Part shown: positions 6,898-16,065 of the stretch, piece by piece | How positions within the stretch are numbered: position 1 is the first letter of the stretch | Layout: the number at the start of each line of letters is the position of its first letter | Assembly: GCA_020352775.1 (NCBI GenBank) | Contig: CP070684.1 | Coordinates: 968,653-1,032,652 of the forward strand | DNA length: 64,000 nt | Direction: 5' to 3' | From: Candidatus Omnitrophota bacterium | GTDB lineage: Bacteria; Omnitrophota; Gorgyraeia; Duberdicusellales; 4484-171 | Made by a program: the position numbers and the translations under genes | The notes under the pieces: model-generated | The model's database searches: none | What the model saw: the letters and a program-made list of their open reading frames with translations, nothing else | Told to the model about the DNA's origin: nothing

Positions 6898-7328
6898 AGA
6901 AATTAAAAAGACGTTATTTTTTAATTATGATTTTAATTTTTAGCGTGGGTTTGGGTGGTTGCGTGACTACCTCACGAAAAGCTTTCGTTACCGGGGAAAG
7001 TCAAGTCCAGTTAAGAAGTATTCAGACAAGAGCTTTTGATACAAGTGATAAAAAAATGATGATGCAGACCATAATTAGCACCATGCAGGATTTAGAATTT
7101 GTGATTGATAAGGCAGATTTCATTCTTGGTTCAGTAACAGGCTCTAAATTTCTTGGGACGACAGTGGTAACAATGACTGTTACGGTTAGGCCGCGAGGCC
7201 AAAAACAATTATTAGTAAGGGCAAATGCCCGCTACGGCATTAATAGTGTAGAAGACCCGCAAACTTATCAGGATTTCTTTGTTGCTTTGGAAAAAGCATT
7301 ATTTTTGACAGCCCATCAGGTTGATTAA
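6894..7328 (+). CDS. Uncharacterised lipoprotein (paralog B)
   Basis: It has the lipobox LGGC and a 4-nt overlap with the upstream gene. It is a paralog of 6343-6897 (FDTSDKKMM..MQDLEFVIDK..., YQDFFVALEKALFLTAH). Confidence 0.6.
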   Translation: MKKLKRRYFLIMILIFSVGLGGCVTTSRKAFVTGESQVQLRSIQTRAFDTSDKKMMMQTIISTMQDLEFVIDKADFILGSVTGSKFLGTTVVTMTVTVRPRGQKQLLVRANARYGINSVEDPQTYQDFFVALEKALFLTAHQVD

Positions 7329-7352
7329 AATTTTAATAGGAGAGGGGAAGGT

Positions 7353-7436
7353 ATGATGTGTAGAAGTTGCGGCGCACACAAAGCAAAGAAGAAAAAAACA
7401 GCAAAGGAAAAGAAATCAACGAAAAAAAAGAAATAA
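7353..7436 (+). CDS. 27-aa lysine-rich peptide with an N-terminal CxxC (not in the ORF track)
   Basis: It encodes MMCRSCGAHKAKKKKTAKEKKSTKKKK. A purine-rich SD-like tract, AGGAGAGGGGAAGG, ends 3 nt before the ATG. A GC hairpin follows. Confidence 0.35.
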   Translation: MMCRSCGAHKAKKKKTAKEKKSTKKKK

Positions 7437-7467
7437 TTACAGGTTATTTTTATTGTGCATAAAGGTG

Positions 7468-7494
7468 GCCGGGGTACCCCGGCTGCTTACTTTT
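7468..7494 (+). terminator. Possible terminator hairpin
   Basis: A palindrome, GCCGGGGTACCCCGGC, is followed by a weak T-tract (CTGCTTACTTTT). Confidence 0.3.
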
Positions 7495-7524
7495 ACAAGA
7501 CTTAGGAAGTATTAAAGATCAATA

Positions 7525-8634
7525 ATGAAAAATATAGCATTTGTTGTATTGATATTTATAATGGTTTTAGGGGGGATTGGTTGTCTTAAGGGAGTTAAGG
7601 GTAGTAAGATCGAGGAGAAGATTGATGTGGGTATAGATGAGAGCAAATTACAAAAAGCCACTTTTGCCGGAGGTTGTTTTTGGTGTATGGAGTCACCGTT
7701 TGATAAATTAGATGGAGTTAGTGAGGTAATATCTGGTTATACAGGCGGATCCGGTGATAATCCAACCTACACCGATTACGGTAAGAAAGGTCATCTGGAG
7801 GCCATACAAATCACTTATGATTCATCAAAGATAACTTATAAAGAGCTTCTTGGGGTTTTTTGGAGACAAATTGATCCCACTGATCCCGCTGGGCAATTTG
7901 TTGACCGGGGCCCATATTATAGAACTGCTATTTTTTATCATAACGATGAGCAAAGAAAATTAGCAGCGGATTCTAAGCAGAAGTTAAAGAAATCAGGCAG
8001 ATTCAAAAAACCGATTGTTACTGAAATAATCAAAGCTTCTAAATTTTATCCCGCAGAAGAATATCATCAGGATTACTATAAAAAGAGCCCTTTTAGGTAT
8101 AAAATTTACCGCTTTGGTTCTGGCCGCGACCAATATTTAAAAAAGATGTGGAAAAATGAACCAGAATCTAAAAGACCGCGATACGATTATAAAAATTTTA
8201 AAAAGCCGTCTGATGAGGATCTTCGTAAGAGTTTAACGCCATTGCAGTATAAGGTTACCCAGCAAAACGGCACTGAAATGGCATTTAATAACGAATACTG
8301 GGATAATAAAAAGGAAGGTATTTATGTAGATATTGTTTCCGGAGAGCCGCTTTTCAGTTCCCTTGATAAATACGATTCGGGTAGCGGCTGGCCAAGTTTC
8401 ACCAAGCCTCTTGAACCAGATAATATCGTAGAAAAAAAAGACAGAAGCTGGTTTGTGGTAAGAACAGAGGTGCGAAGCAAAAATGCAGATTCTCATCTGG
8501 GGCATGTATTTGATGATGGTCCGCCGCCCTTGGGCTTACGTTACTGCATAAATTCCGCTGCCCTTATGTTTATCCCCAAAGAAGACTTAAAAATTCAAGG
8601 ATATGGTGAATATAAAAAGCTCTTTAAGGATTGA
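7525..8634 (+). CDS. msrAB: Bifunctional peptide methionine sulfoxide reductase MsrA/MsrB with an N-terminal signal or anchor
   Basis: It has the MsrA motif GGCFWCMES and the MsrB motifs GSGWPSF and RYCINSAAL. The N-terminal segment is hydrophobic. Confidence 0.9.
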
Positions 8635-8732
8635 TTAGAGTAGGTTTTAATGCTTTTTCTCTCCCACCTTTTTCTTTCTATGGTAAAATAATACAACAAA
8701 TCTATAATGGTAAAATAAAAAGGAGGTAAAGC

Positions 8733-9119
8733 ATGTTTAAGAAAATAGGCTTATTTGTTCTTTTAGTTGCGATGTTAGTTAATATAAGCGGATGCGTAGC
8801 TCTTTTAGCAGGCGCTGCGGGAGGAGGAGGAACAGGTTATTGGCTATCAGGTAAGTTAACCCAAGAAGCTGACGCATCTTTAGAGGAGGGTTTCAGGGCT
8901 GCTAAGATGGCATTAAAGTCTTTTAGGTTTAGGGTTACCAAAGAAGTAAAGAAAGCTACGGTTGCCCAGTTCGTGAGTAAATACAGTGATGGAAAGACCA
9001 TCTGGATAGATATACATAAGGTTTCAGACTCAAGGGTGCGTTTTGGGGTGCGGGTCGGTGCTGTCAGCGATAAAGAAGCAGCACGTAAAATTTTAGATAA
9101 AATTTTAAAATATTTGTAG
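8733..9119 (+). CDS. DUF3568-like lipoprotein
   Basis: It has the lipobox ISGC followed by a Gly/Ala-rich stretch. The C-terminal RVGAVSDKEAARKILDKI pattern resembles DUF3568 from memory. Confidence 0.5.
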   Translation: MFKKIGLFVLLVAMLVNISGCVALLAGAAGGGGTGYWLSGKLTQEADASLEEGFRAAKMALKSFRFRVTKEVKKATVAQFVSKYSDGKTIWIDIHKVSDSRVRFGVRVGAVSDKEAARKILDKILKYL

Positions 9120-9120
9120 A

Positions 9121-9981
9121 ATGAAAATAACCGAGATCCTTAAGCAACGCGATAAAGGCGTTTCATTTGAATTCTTCCCGCCTAAAACCGAGGCTGGCAA
9201 AAGATCCCTTGAGACTACCGTCAAGGCCCTTAAAAAATATAATCCCTTATATGTTTCCATGACTTATGGAGCAGCAGGGGGAGCGCAGCAGCGCACCAAA
9301 GAAGCGGTCATTATGCTTTTAAAGGAAAAAGAGTTGGTGGTTATGCCGCATCTGACCGGTATTTGTTTGGAAAAAAAAGAGGTAAAAAATCTCTTAGATG
9401 AATATAGGAGTAAAGGCATTGAAAATATCATGGCTTTGCGCGGTGACCCCCCTTTAGATGAAGAGGGCTTTGATTTTTCTAAACAGGAATTTTGTTACGG
9501 TTTAGATCTGGTCAAATTCATAAAGCAATATGGACAGTTTTGCATCGGGGTGGCGGTATACCCAGAGGGACATATTGAGACTTCTTCCCTAGAGGAGGAT
9601 TTAGAATACACTAAACAAAAGATCGATGCCGGGGCGGATTTTGCCGTGACTCAGATGTTTTTTGACAATACTCATTATTATGGATTATTAGAGAGGATGA
9701 ATAAAAAAGGCATTACCATACCGGTTTTACCGGGAATTCTACCTTTGACTGACGTAGCCAAGGTTAAACAGTTTGTCTCTATTTGCAGAACGACAATTCC
9801 AAAGCACATTGAAGAAAAAATGGAACGTTACCGAAAAGACCTTGCCGAGATGGAAAAAATAGGCGTTGATTTTACAATAAAGCAGTGCCAAGACCTTATT
9901 AAGAACGGAGCAAAACAGCTACATTTTTTTACGCTTAATAAACCTGAGGTGATGAAGAGAATATTGGATGCGATCCAATAG
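9121..9981 (+). CDS. metF: Methylenetetrahydrofolate reductase
   Basis: SFEFFPPKT, ALRGDPP, YPEGH and FFD motifs are present. The length of 286 aa is typical. Confidence 0.88.
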   Translation: MKITEILKQRDKGVSFEFFPPKTEAGKRSLETTVKALKKYNPLYVSMTYGAAGGAQQRTKEAVIMLLKEKELVVMPHLTGICLEKKEVKNLLDEYRSKGIENIMALRGDPPLDEEGFDFSKQEFCYGLDLVKFIKQYGQFCIGVAVYPEGHIETSSLEEDLEYTKQKIDAGADFAVTQMFFDNTHYYGLLERMNKKGITIPVLPGILPLTDVAKVKQFVSICRTTIPKHIEEKMERYRKDLAEMEKIGVDFTIKQCQDLIKNGAKQLHFFTLNKPEVMKRILDAIQ

Positions 9982-10019
9982 GATGTTTCTTTTCGGGTTG
10001 TGATATAATTGGAAATAGG

Positions 10020-12005
10020 CTAAGAATAGTGTGAATTAACGAATCTGGAAAGAACTCTTTTTTTGTTATCCTTTAGCTTAATAAATTCCATTCCCACCTT
10101 ATACTTGCCTGTTTTTTCCATCTTCTTAATCCAGGCCACCCGTCCTTTAAGCAGCAGGGGCTTTATTCGGGGAGGCAGTTTCATTTCGATATTTATTTGC
10201 ATATCCGTACGAAGACGCAATGGGCTCATAACACAGATTCCGCCCTTTGATAAGTCCAGGCTACGGACAGATTCTCTTTTGTTTTTGTAAGGATAGATCT
10301 CAACGTTTGTTTTGTAAGATATTCTTTTAAAGCGCCTTAACTCAGGGATAACGTATATTTTCTTAAGATATAGATTTACGAAAGATTGCGCAGTGAGGGG
10401 CTGGATGTCTTTAGTTTGAGGGGGCAGGTCTTGCGATTTTATCATAATGTTTTCTATGTTATGTTTTTTGAAATAAGCCTGTATATTTTGTTTGATTAGT
10501 GTAAGAAGTTTATTTGCATTTGTTTTTCTTGTTTCGGGAAAAAGAATATCGCAAGTTTCGCTTTGATAATTATGAATAACTACCTGGGGTTTTTCGATGT
10601 CGCAGGGGTAAAGTTTTTTAAATGCCCCGTCAATAAGAGGTTCAAGGTTTTTAAAAAACTTTTTGGGTTCAAATCTTTTCCTGAATTCTCTAAGATTGAC
10701 AATTGACAGATTAATCAGATAGGTGGACGCATTTTTATTTAGTAGAGCATTTATTTTTTTTCTTGTAGGTTCGTTTAGCCCTTTCATAACATAAAGGGGT
10801 AGGGTGAAATAAAATTTACTGCCCACGCCTATTTTTGATTCTGCCCAGATTTCTCCCCCGTGTTTTTCCACTAAATCTTTCGCGATAGAAAGCCCTAATC
10901 CTAGACCTTTTCTTTTTGCTGGAGTTAAATCAGAGCTTTGCATGAATTTATTAAATAATTTTGGTAAGTTTTTTTGGGTTATCCCGATTCCGGTATCTAA
11001 GACTTCGATTCTTACCCTATCCTGTAAAATCCTGGCTTCTAGCAGCACTTCTCCGTTTTCTTCGGTGAATTTTATCGCATTACCTAGCAGGTTTGAAATT
11101 ACTTGATATATCCTTTCAGCATCCATAAAAATACTTATTGGTTTCTTAAATATTTTATGCTTTAAACTAATTCTTTTTTCCTGTGCTAATTCTTTAAAGG
11201 ATTCCAGAGAACCCAGCAGTAGCTCATTAATGTCTATCAAAGAGTAGTTTAACTTTAATTTGCCTTTATCAATTTTAGATATATCAAGTAGATTTTCAAT
11301 AATATGCCTAAGATGTTCTAATGTACCATGCGCTTTTTTAATTATTTCTTTCTGTTTTTCATTGATTGGGCCTGTTATCTCATCAAAGAGAAGCATTAAT
11401 GCTTCTTTGATGATTGTAAGGGGGGTGCGTAATTCGTGAGAGACGGTTGTTATAAACTCTGATTTCAAGCGGTCCGATTCCCTTAAGGCCTCTAATTTTT
11501 TTTCAAATTTTTCTTTTTCTTCTATTAAATGACGTAGCTGCATGCGGTGGGTAATATCTCTGGAGATGCCTACCAGGCCTATAATTTCACCTTTATCATT
11601 GTAGCGGGGGATTTTGGTGGTACTTACGTAGTTATCAACTCTATCTGGTCGCGTTGCTCTTTCAATTTTATCAATTATAGGTTTGCCGGTTTCTATCACA
11701 TATTTGTCATCTTTCGCCATTTCTTTAGCGCGTTTTTTGGGAAAAATATCAAAATCGGTTTTTCCCACAACTTCTTTAGGCTTAAGATTGAGACCTTTGG
11801 CGTGGGCTTCATTGACCATAATAAGTTTGCCCTTTTTGTCTTTAAAATAAATGACATCCGGAATGTGATTCATGAGGTCAGAGAGAAGCCTGTATTTATA
11901 AAGGAGATTGCTCTCTTTTGCTTTCTTTTTGTTTTTAGTTTTTCTTTTTAGTCTCTTTTTCATATTTCGCTTTAATATTATCAAATTTGGTGTATGATAA
12001 AGCAA
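10020..12005 (-). CDS. PAS sensor histidine kinase with a degenerate GGDEF-like region and a C-terminal PilZ domain
   Basis: - H-box: SHELRTPL.
- HATPase N and G boxes: NAIKFT and GLGLGLSI.
- Middle region: ...YQSETCDILFPET aligns to the GGDEF signature position.
- C-terminus: RRFKR...DLSKGGI is the PilZ RxxxR / DxSxxG pattern.

The start is ambiguous: TTG at 12005 or ATG at 11963. Confidence 0.8.
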   Translation of the reverse strand: MLYHTPNLIILKRNMKKRLKRKTKNKKKAKESNLLYKYRLLSDLMNHIPDVIYFKDKKGKLIMVNEAHAKGLNLKPKEVVGKTDFDIFPKKRAKEMAKDDKYVIETGKPIIDKIERATRPDRVDNYVSTTKIPRYNDKGEIIGLVGISRDITHRMQLRHLIEEKEKFEKKLEALRESDRLKSEFITTVSHELRTPLTIIKEALMLLFDEITGPINEKQKEIIKKAHGTLEHLRHIIENLLDISKIDKGKLKLNYSLIDINELLLGSLESFKELAQEKRISLKHKIFKKPISIFMDAERIYQVISNLLGNAIKFTEENGEVLLEARILQDRVRIEVLDTGIGITQKNLPKLFNKFMQSSDLTPAKRKGLGLGLSIAKDLVEKHGGEIWAESKIGVGSKFYFTLPLYVMKGLNEPTRKKINALLNKNASTYLINLSIVNLREFRKRFEPKKFFKNLEPLIDGAFKKLYPCDIEKPQVVIHNYQSETCDILFPETRKTNANKLLTLIKQNIQAYFKKHNIENIMIKSQDLPPQTKDIQPLTAQSFVNLYLKKIYVIPELRRFKRISYKTNVEIYPYKNKRESVRSLDLSKGGICVMSPLRLRTDMQINIEMKLPPRIKPLLLKGRVAWIKKMEKTGKYKVGMEFIKLKDNKKRVLSRFVNSHYS

Positions 12006-12144
12006 TACTACTATCTTTGATAATATATGTCAACAGGGATAAGAGATGATTGCAGGAAAAATAATAAGTGATTGTCAAAATCAGCCCAGAAGAGTAAAAT
12101 ATAATTCACTACAATAAAGTGACTATCAGGGCTAAGGGGGTTGA

Positions 12145-12387
12145 ATGATTACGAAAGAGAATTTGATAGGCATGTTAGAAAAAGCATTGGCTAATGAAGA
12201 TGAATTTATCATTTCTTACGGGAAAGATTTTTTGGATAATATAATGGAATCTGAGATATTAAACAATGAGGAAAAGAAAGAAATAGAAGGCCTGCTGAGT
12301 GCTTTATTGAAGGATACCGAGCGTCATAAAAAAACAATAGAGTTATTGATAGAAAAAGTAAAGGAAGATCAGAGAAATGAATTCTAG
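12145..12387 (+). CDS. Small helical protein (two-helix, ferritin-like half?)
   Basis: This 80-aa ORF has the SD AAGGGGG. It overlaps the next ORF by 11 nt. Confidence 0.45.
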   Translation: MITKENLIGMLEKALANEDEFIISYGKDFLDNIMESEILNNEEKKEIEGLLSALLKDTERHKKTIELLIEKVKEDQRNEF

Positions 12388-12571
12388 AGAAGAGCTTATT
12401 GAATCTTTTAAGAGAATCCTTTGGTTAGAGAAAGAGATGAAAGATAATTATTCATCCTACAGGAATGCGATGCAGGATGAGATTTTACTTAGTGTGATAA
12501 GCGAAATAGAGGCTGATGAGGCCAGGCACATAAATATGGCTGAAGGGATTCTGTCAATCCTGAAGCGATAG
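12377..12571 (+). CDS. Small helical protein with an ExxH motif (ferritin-like half?)
   Basis: This 64-aa ORF has EIEADEARHINMAE, which resembles the metal-binding ExxH helix of rubrerythrin/ferritin-like bundles. Confidence 0.4.
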   Translation: MNSREELIESFKRILWLEKEMKDNYSSYRNAMQDEILLSVISEIEADEARHINMAEGILSILKR

Positions 12572-12653
12572 CCCTCTTAAGTACCACCTGAATTGCTTTA
12601 TTTTATGATGTTTTTTAATTGTTTTTGGGCATTTAATTATTAAAGGAAAGGCT

Positions 12654-12681
12654 TTGACAAGCTTTTTTTCAGAGTTATAAT
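12654..12681 (+). promoter_or_regulatory. Near-consensus sigma70 promoter upstream of the multi-PAS kinase
   Basis: TTGACA (12654-12659), a 16-nt spacer, then TATAAT (12676-12681). Confidence 0.55.
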
Positions 12682-12815
12682 TTTATAATCGAGAATTTTA
12701 ATCAGTCTTACGAGAAGTGAAGGCCTTATTTAAAGCCATCAAAACAGTTTTTCCTTCCATTTTTGTCAGATTTCATACCATACAAAAATGTAGCAAATCC
12801 AAAGGTTAAATAAAG

Positions 12816-15437
12816 ATGGGGCGTAGATTGCGTAAAACAAAAAGCATAGCTAAAGCAAAAATTAAGGGAGTGGTTTCTGTGCCTTTTAAGAGTAAGGTGT
12901 CAGAGCAGGGTAATGAAAAAATATTTAAAGTAGCCTTTAATAATGCGGTTGATGCAGGTTTTTGGGCAGACACAAAGACTGGTAAGATTATCAATTGCAA
13001 TAAGGCTGCAGAGCGTCTATTAGAGAGAAAAAGAAAGGACATCATAGGAATGCACCAAACAAAACTTCACCCCCCATACGCAAAGGAACACTATCGAAAG
13101 ATATTTAGGGAGCACGTTAAGAGTAAAAATGTTTTTGACAGAGAAGTAGAAATATTAACCAAATCTGGAAAAATAAAATATGTGCGTATAACTGCCGCGG
13201 TAATTCCAATTGGTAATAAATCAGTAATTCAGGGGATATTTCATGATATCACAGAGCAGAAGAAAATAAGAGAAGAATTAATCAGGTCAGAGGAAAAATA
13301 TAAATCTCTTGTAGCGAATGCCCCTATTGGAATTTATTACAATGATTTTAACGGAAAGTTCCTTTATGCCAATAAGATGGCCGAAAAGATTGTAGGATAC
13401 AAAAGTAAAGAGTTGGTAGGGAAAAGTTTTTTTAAAGCAAAACTTATTAGTCCAAAAGATCTTAATCGAGCTGCCGAATTACTGGCGTTAAACAAACTTG
13501 GTAAAGGGACGGGGCCTGACGAATTTATTTTAAATAAAAAAGATGGGAGTAAAGCCGATGTTTTGATTACTACGCGACCAGTTATCATAGAAGAAAAGCG
13601 ATTAGTTTTAGGAATGGTCGAAGACATTACTGAACGCAAGCTTGCCGAAGAAGCGCTGCGCCAAAGCGAAGAAAAACTACGTTCATTAGTGGATAGCGCT
13701 CCTAATTTTATTATGATTATCAATGCCGACGGTATAATTCAATTTATCAATCGCACTGCCCCTGGCCTAACTAGAGAAGAGGCAATAGGGCGACCTATTT
13801 ATGATTTCATACAACCTAAGTATCATGCTGTGGTAAGAAACACTATTAATTATATTTTCAAAACCGGTAAAGCAAGCAGTTATGAAATTCAAGGCGTTGG
13901 CCCGGACGGACGTATTTCATGGTATGTAACCAATGTAGCCCCTATTAAACACCACGGGAAAGTGATTGCCGTAACACAAATTGCTGCAGATATTACCGAA
14001 CGCAAGAAAGCAGAGGAAGAGTTGAAAAATAATGAGAGATTTCTTCAGAGTGTTTTTGATGGCATACAGGATGGTATCAGCGTTCTTGACATTAAACTCA
14101 ATGTAGTCCGCGTTAATAAATGGGTGGAGAAGATGTTTGCTTCTCACACGCCATTGGTGGGTAAGAAGTGCTATGAGGCTTATCATAAAAGGCAAACTGT
14201 ATGCCCTTGGTGTCCGTCGGTTAAAGCCGTAAAAGATGGCAAAACACACGCAGGAGTCATCCCTTATGCAGTAGAGGAAAAGCTTAAAGGATGGTTTTTT
14301 CTTTCTGCTTATCCATTGAAAGATGAGAATGGTAAAGTAATAGGGGTAATTGAAAGTGTCAGGGATATAACTGAGCAGAAAAAAGCAGAGGAAGCGCTGA
14401 GAGAAAGTGAAGAGCGGTATCGGTTAACGATTGATTCTATAGCAGACGCAATTCATGTTATCGATTCTGAATTGCGCATTATTCTTATCAATAAAGCTTT
14501 CCTTCGGTGGTGTGAGCAGTTAGGCATTAGTAAAAAGGTAATCGGCAAAAGGGTGCTTGAAGCTTTTCCGTTTTTGCCAAGTAAGATAGAGGATGAGTGT
14601 CGAGAGGTATTTTCTAGTGGAAAACCACTTATTACTGAAGAAGTCAATAATATTAATGGCATTGAAATTATTACAGAGACGCGTAAAATTCCTGTATTCG
14701 AGGCAGGTAAAGTTATTCGGGTCGTCACCGTGATAAGAGACATAACTGAGCGTAGACATATGGAGAGGCTGCGAGAGAATTTAATCCGGGATGTGTCGCA
14801 CTCCCTTAAAACTCCCGTTGCGATGTTAGAGATGGCAAATGATATTGGACAGCGGGGAATAGAAACTAATGATACGCAGCGTATTAAGAAAGCTATGGAT
14901 TTGGCGAGTAAAAATGTTATAAGACTTCGTAAGGATATTAATAATATATTAGAAGTGTATGTGTTAAGTAAGGCAATAGGGGCGAGACCGAAAGAGAAGT
15001 CTTCCTTGCGAAAAGTGATAAATGAAATCGCAGAAAATATAAAATATGTAATTGAGGAAAAAGGGCTTTCATTTGAGATTAACATTGATTCTAGAACAGA
15101 TAAAATTTTAATTATCGAAAGAGAGCTTTATACGCTTTTGTTGAATATTATAGATAATGCAGTAAAATTCACAAATGAAGGAGAGATTTTATTGTCAACA
15201 AAATTGAAAAATAATTGTATTCAAATAAAAGTAGAAGATACAGGGTGTGGGTTAACCCCCTTTCAGCGGGATATGGTTTTCGAAAGATTTTATAAACGAA
15301 GTTCTGCTATGCCGGGCATGGGTTTGGGGTTGAATATCAGTAAGGAGATCGTAGAGAAGTATGGAGGAAAAATTGAAATCTTCTCTAAAGGATTGGGCAA
15401 GGGGGTAACTGTCATAATAGAGTTGCCTAGGAAATAG
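12816..15437 (+). CDS. Multi-PAS sensor histidine kinase
   Basis: At least four PAS-like repeats are each followed by DITE(Q/R)K linkers. H-box: SHSLKTPV. HATPase motifs: NAVKFT and GMGLGLNISKEIV. The exact start is uncertain. Confidence 0.85.
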   Translation: MGRRLRKTKSIAKAKIKGVVSVPFKSKVSEQGNEKIFKVAFNNAVDAGFWADTKTGKIINCNKAAERLLERKRKDIIGMHQTKLHPPYAKEHYRKIFREHVKSKNVFDREVEILTKSGKIKYVRITAAVIPIGNKSVIQGIFHDITEQKKIREELIRSEEKYKSLVANAPIGIYYNDFNGKFLYANKMAEKIVGYKSKELVGKSFFKAKLISPKDLNRAAELLALNKLGKGTGPDEFILNKKDGSKADVLITTRPVIIEEKRLVLGMVEDITERKLAEEALRQSEEKLRSLVDSAPNFIMIINADGIIQFINRTAPGLTREEAIGRPIYDFIQPKYHAVVRNTINYIFKTGKASSYEIQGVGPDGRISWYVTNVAPIKHHGKVIAVTQIAADITERKKAEEELKNNERFLQSVFDGIQDGISVLDIKLNVVRVNKWVEKMFASHTPLVGKKCYEAYHKRQTVCPWCPSVKAVKDGKTHAGVIPYAVEEKLKGWFFLSAYPLKDENGKVIGVIESVRDITEQKKAEEALRESEERYRLTIDSIADAIHVIDSELRIILINKAFLRWCEQLGISKKVIGKRVLEAFPFLPSKIEDECREVFSSGKPLITEEVNNINGIEIITETRKIPVFEAGKVIRVVTVIRDITERRHMERLRENLIRDVSHSLKTPVAMLEMANDIGQRGIETNDTQRIKKAMDLASKNVIRLRKDINNILEVYVLSKAIGARPKEKSSLRKVINEIAENIKYVIEEKGLSFEINIDSRTDKILIIERELYTLLLNIIDNAVKFTNEGEILLSTKLKNNCIQIKVEDTGCGLTPFQRDMVFERFYKRSSAMPGMGLGLNISKEIVEKYGGKIEIFSKGLGKGVTVIIELPRK

Positions 15438-15500
15438 TTGCATAATTGCCTTTTGGGTGTATACTAAGAGTCAAATATTAAGTAAGGGGGGAGGGTAGTT

Positions 15501-15884
15501 ATGAAGAGAATACTTATCGTAGAAGATGAAAAGTCCATGCATGAAGTATATCAGGATATCTTTTTGGAAGAAGAAGGCCAATACCACCTTTTTTTTGCAT
15601 TTAGCGTAGAAGAGGCGCTTAACATACTGAGCAAAGAGGCTATTGATTTAATAGTGTTAGACATTATTATGGAGCCCATACCTGGCCAGTATCTTTATCT
15701 GAAGTTAATGCAGGATGAAGATTTAAAACAGAGGAAAATTCCTGTGATCATTGCCAGTGTTTTAAAGAAAGATATGTTTGAGCGTCTGGAGAATGTGGGC
15801 GAAGTTTGTGTGTTTGAAAAACCGCTTGCGCGTGAGCCATTCTTAAAGAAAGTTGGAGAGCTCACAGGCGCAGGGACAAAATAG
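15501..15884 (+). CDS. Stand-alone response-regulator receiver protein (CheY-like)
   Basis: ILIVEDE, the phospho-acceptor context LIVLDIIMEP, and FEKP are present. The SD is GGGGGGAGGG. Confidence 0.85.
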   Translation: MKRILIVEDEKSMHEVYQDIFLEEEGQYHLFFAFSVEEALNILSKEAIDLIVLDIIMEPIPGQYLYLKLMQDEDLKQRKIPVIIASVLKKDMFERLENVGEVCVFEKPLAREPFLKKVGELTGAGTK

Positions 15885-16065
15885 AGCTTTCACCCTAGCC
15901 AGTAATTGAAGATATTTTTCTGCAATTATTCTTGCCAACTCAATCTTACCAATTCAATTCCTATCGGGTTTTTAGGTTTGGTAAATCGAGGTTATTTTGG
16001 TAGAATATTCTACTCGTAGGTAAGGTTAAATAAACAACTCATTAGTAAATTTTAAGGAGAATGGC

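Noticed and set aside
14453-15085. A 210-aa minus-strand ORF inside the multi-PAS kinase gene. Similar antisense ORFs lie inside the Na/Pi transporter gene (37725-38621) and elsewhere.
   Set aside because: They are antisense to strongly supported genes. Their sequences are Ser/Leu/Ile-rich and nonsense-like, with no start context. These are typical shadow ORFs of AT-rich genes.
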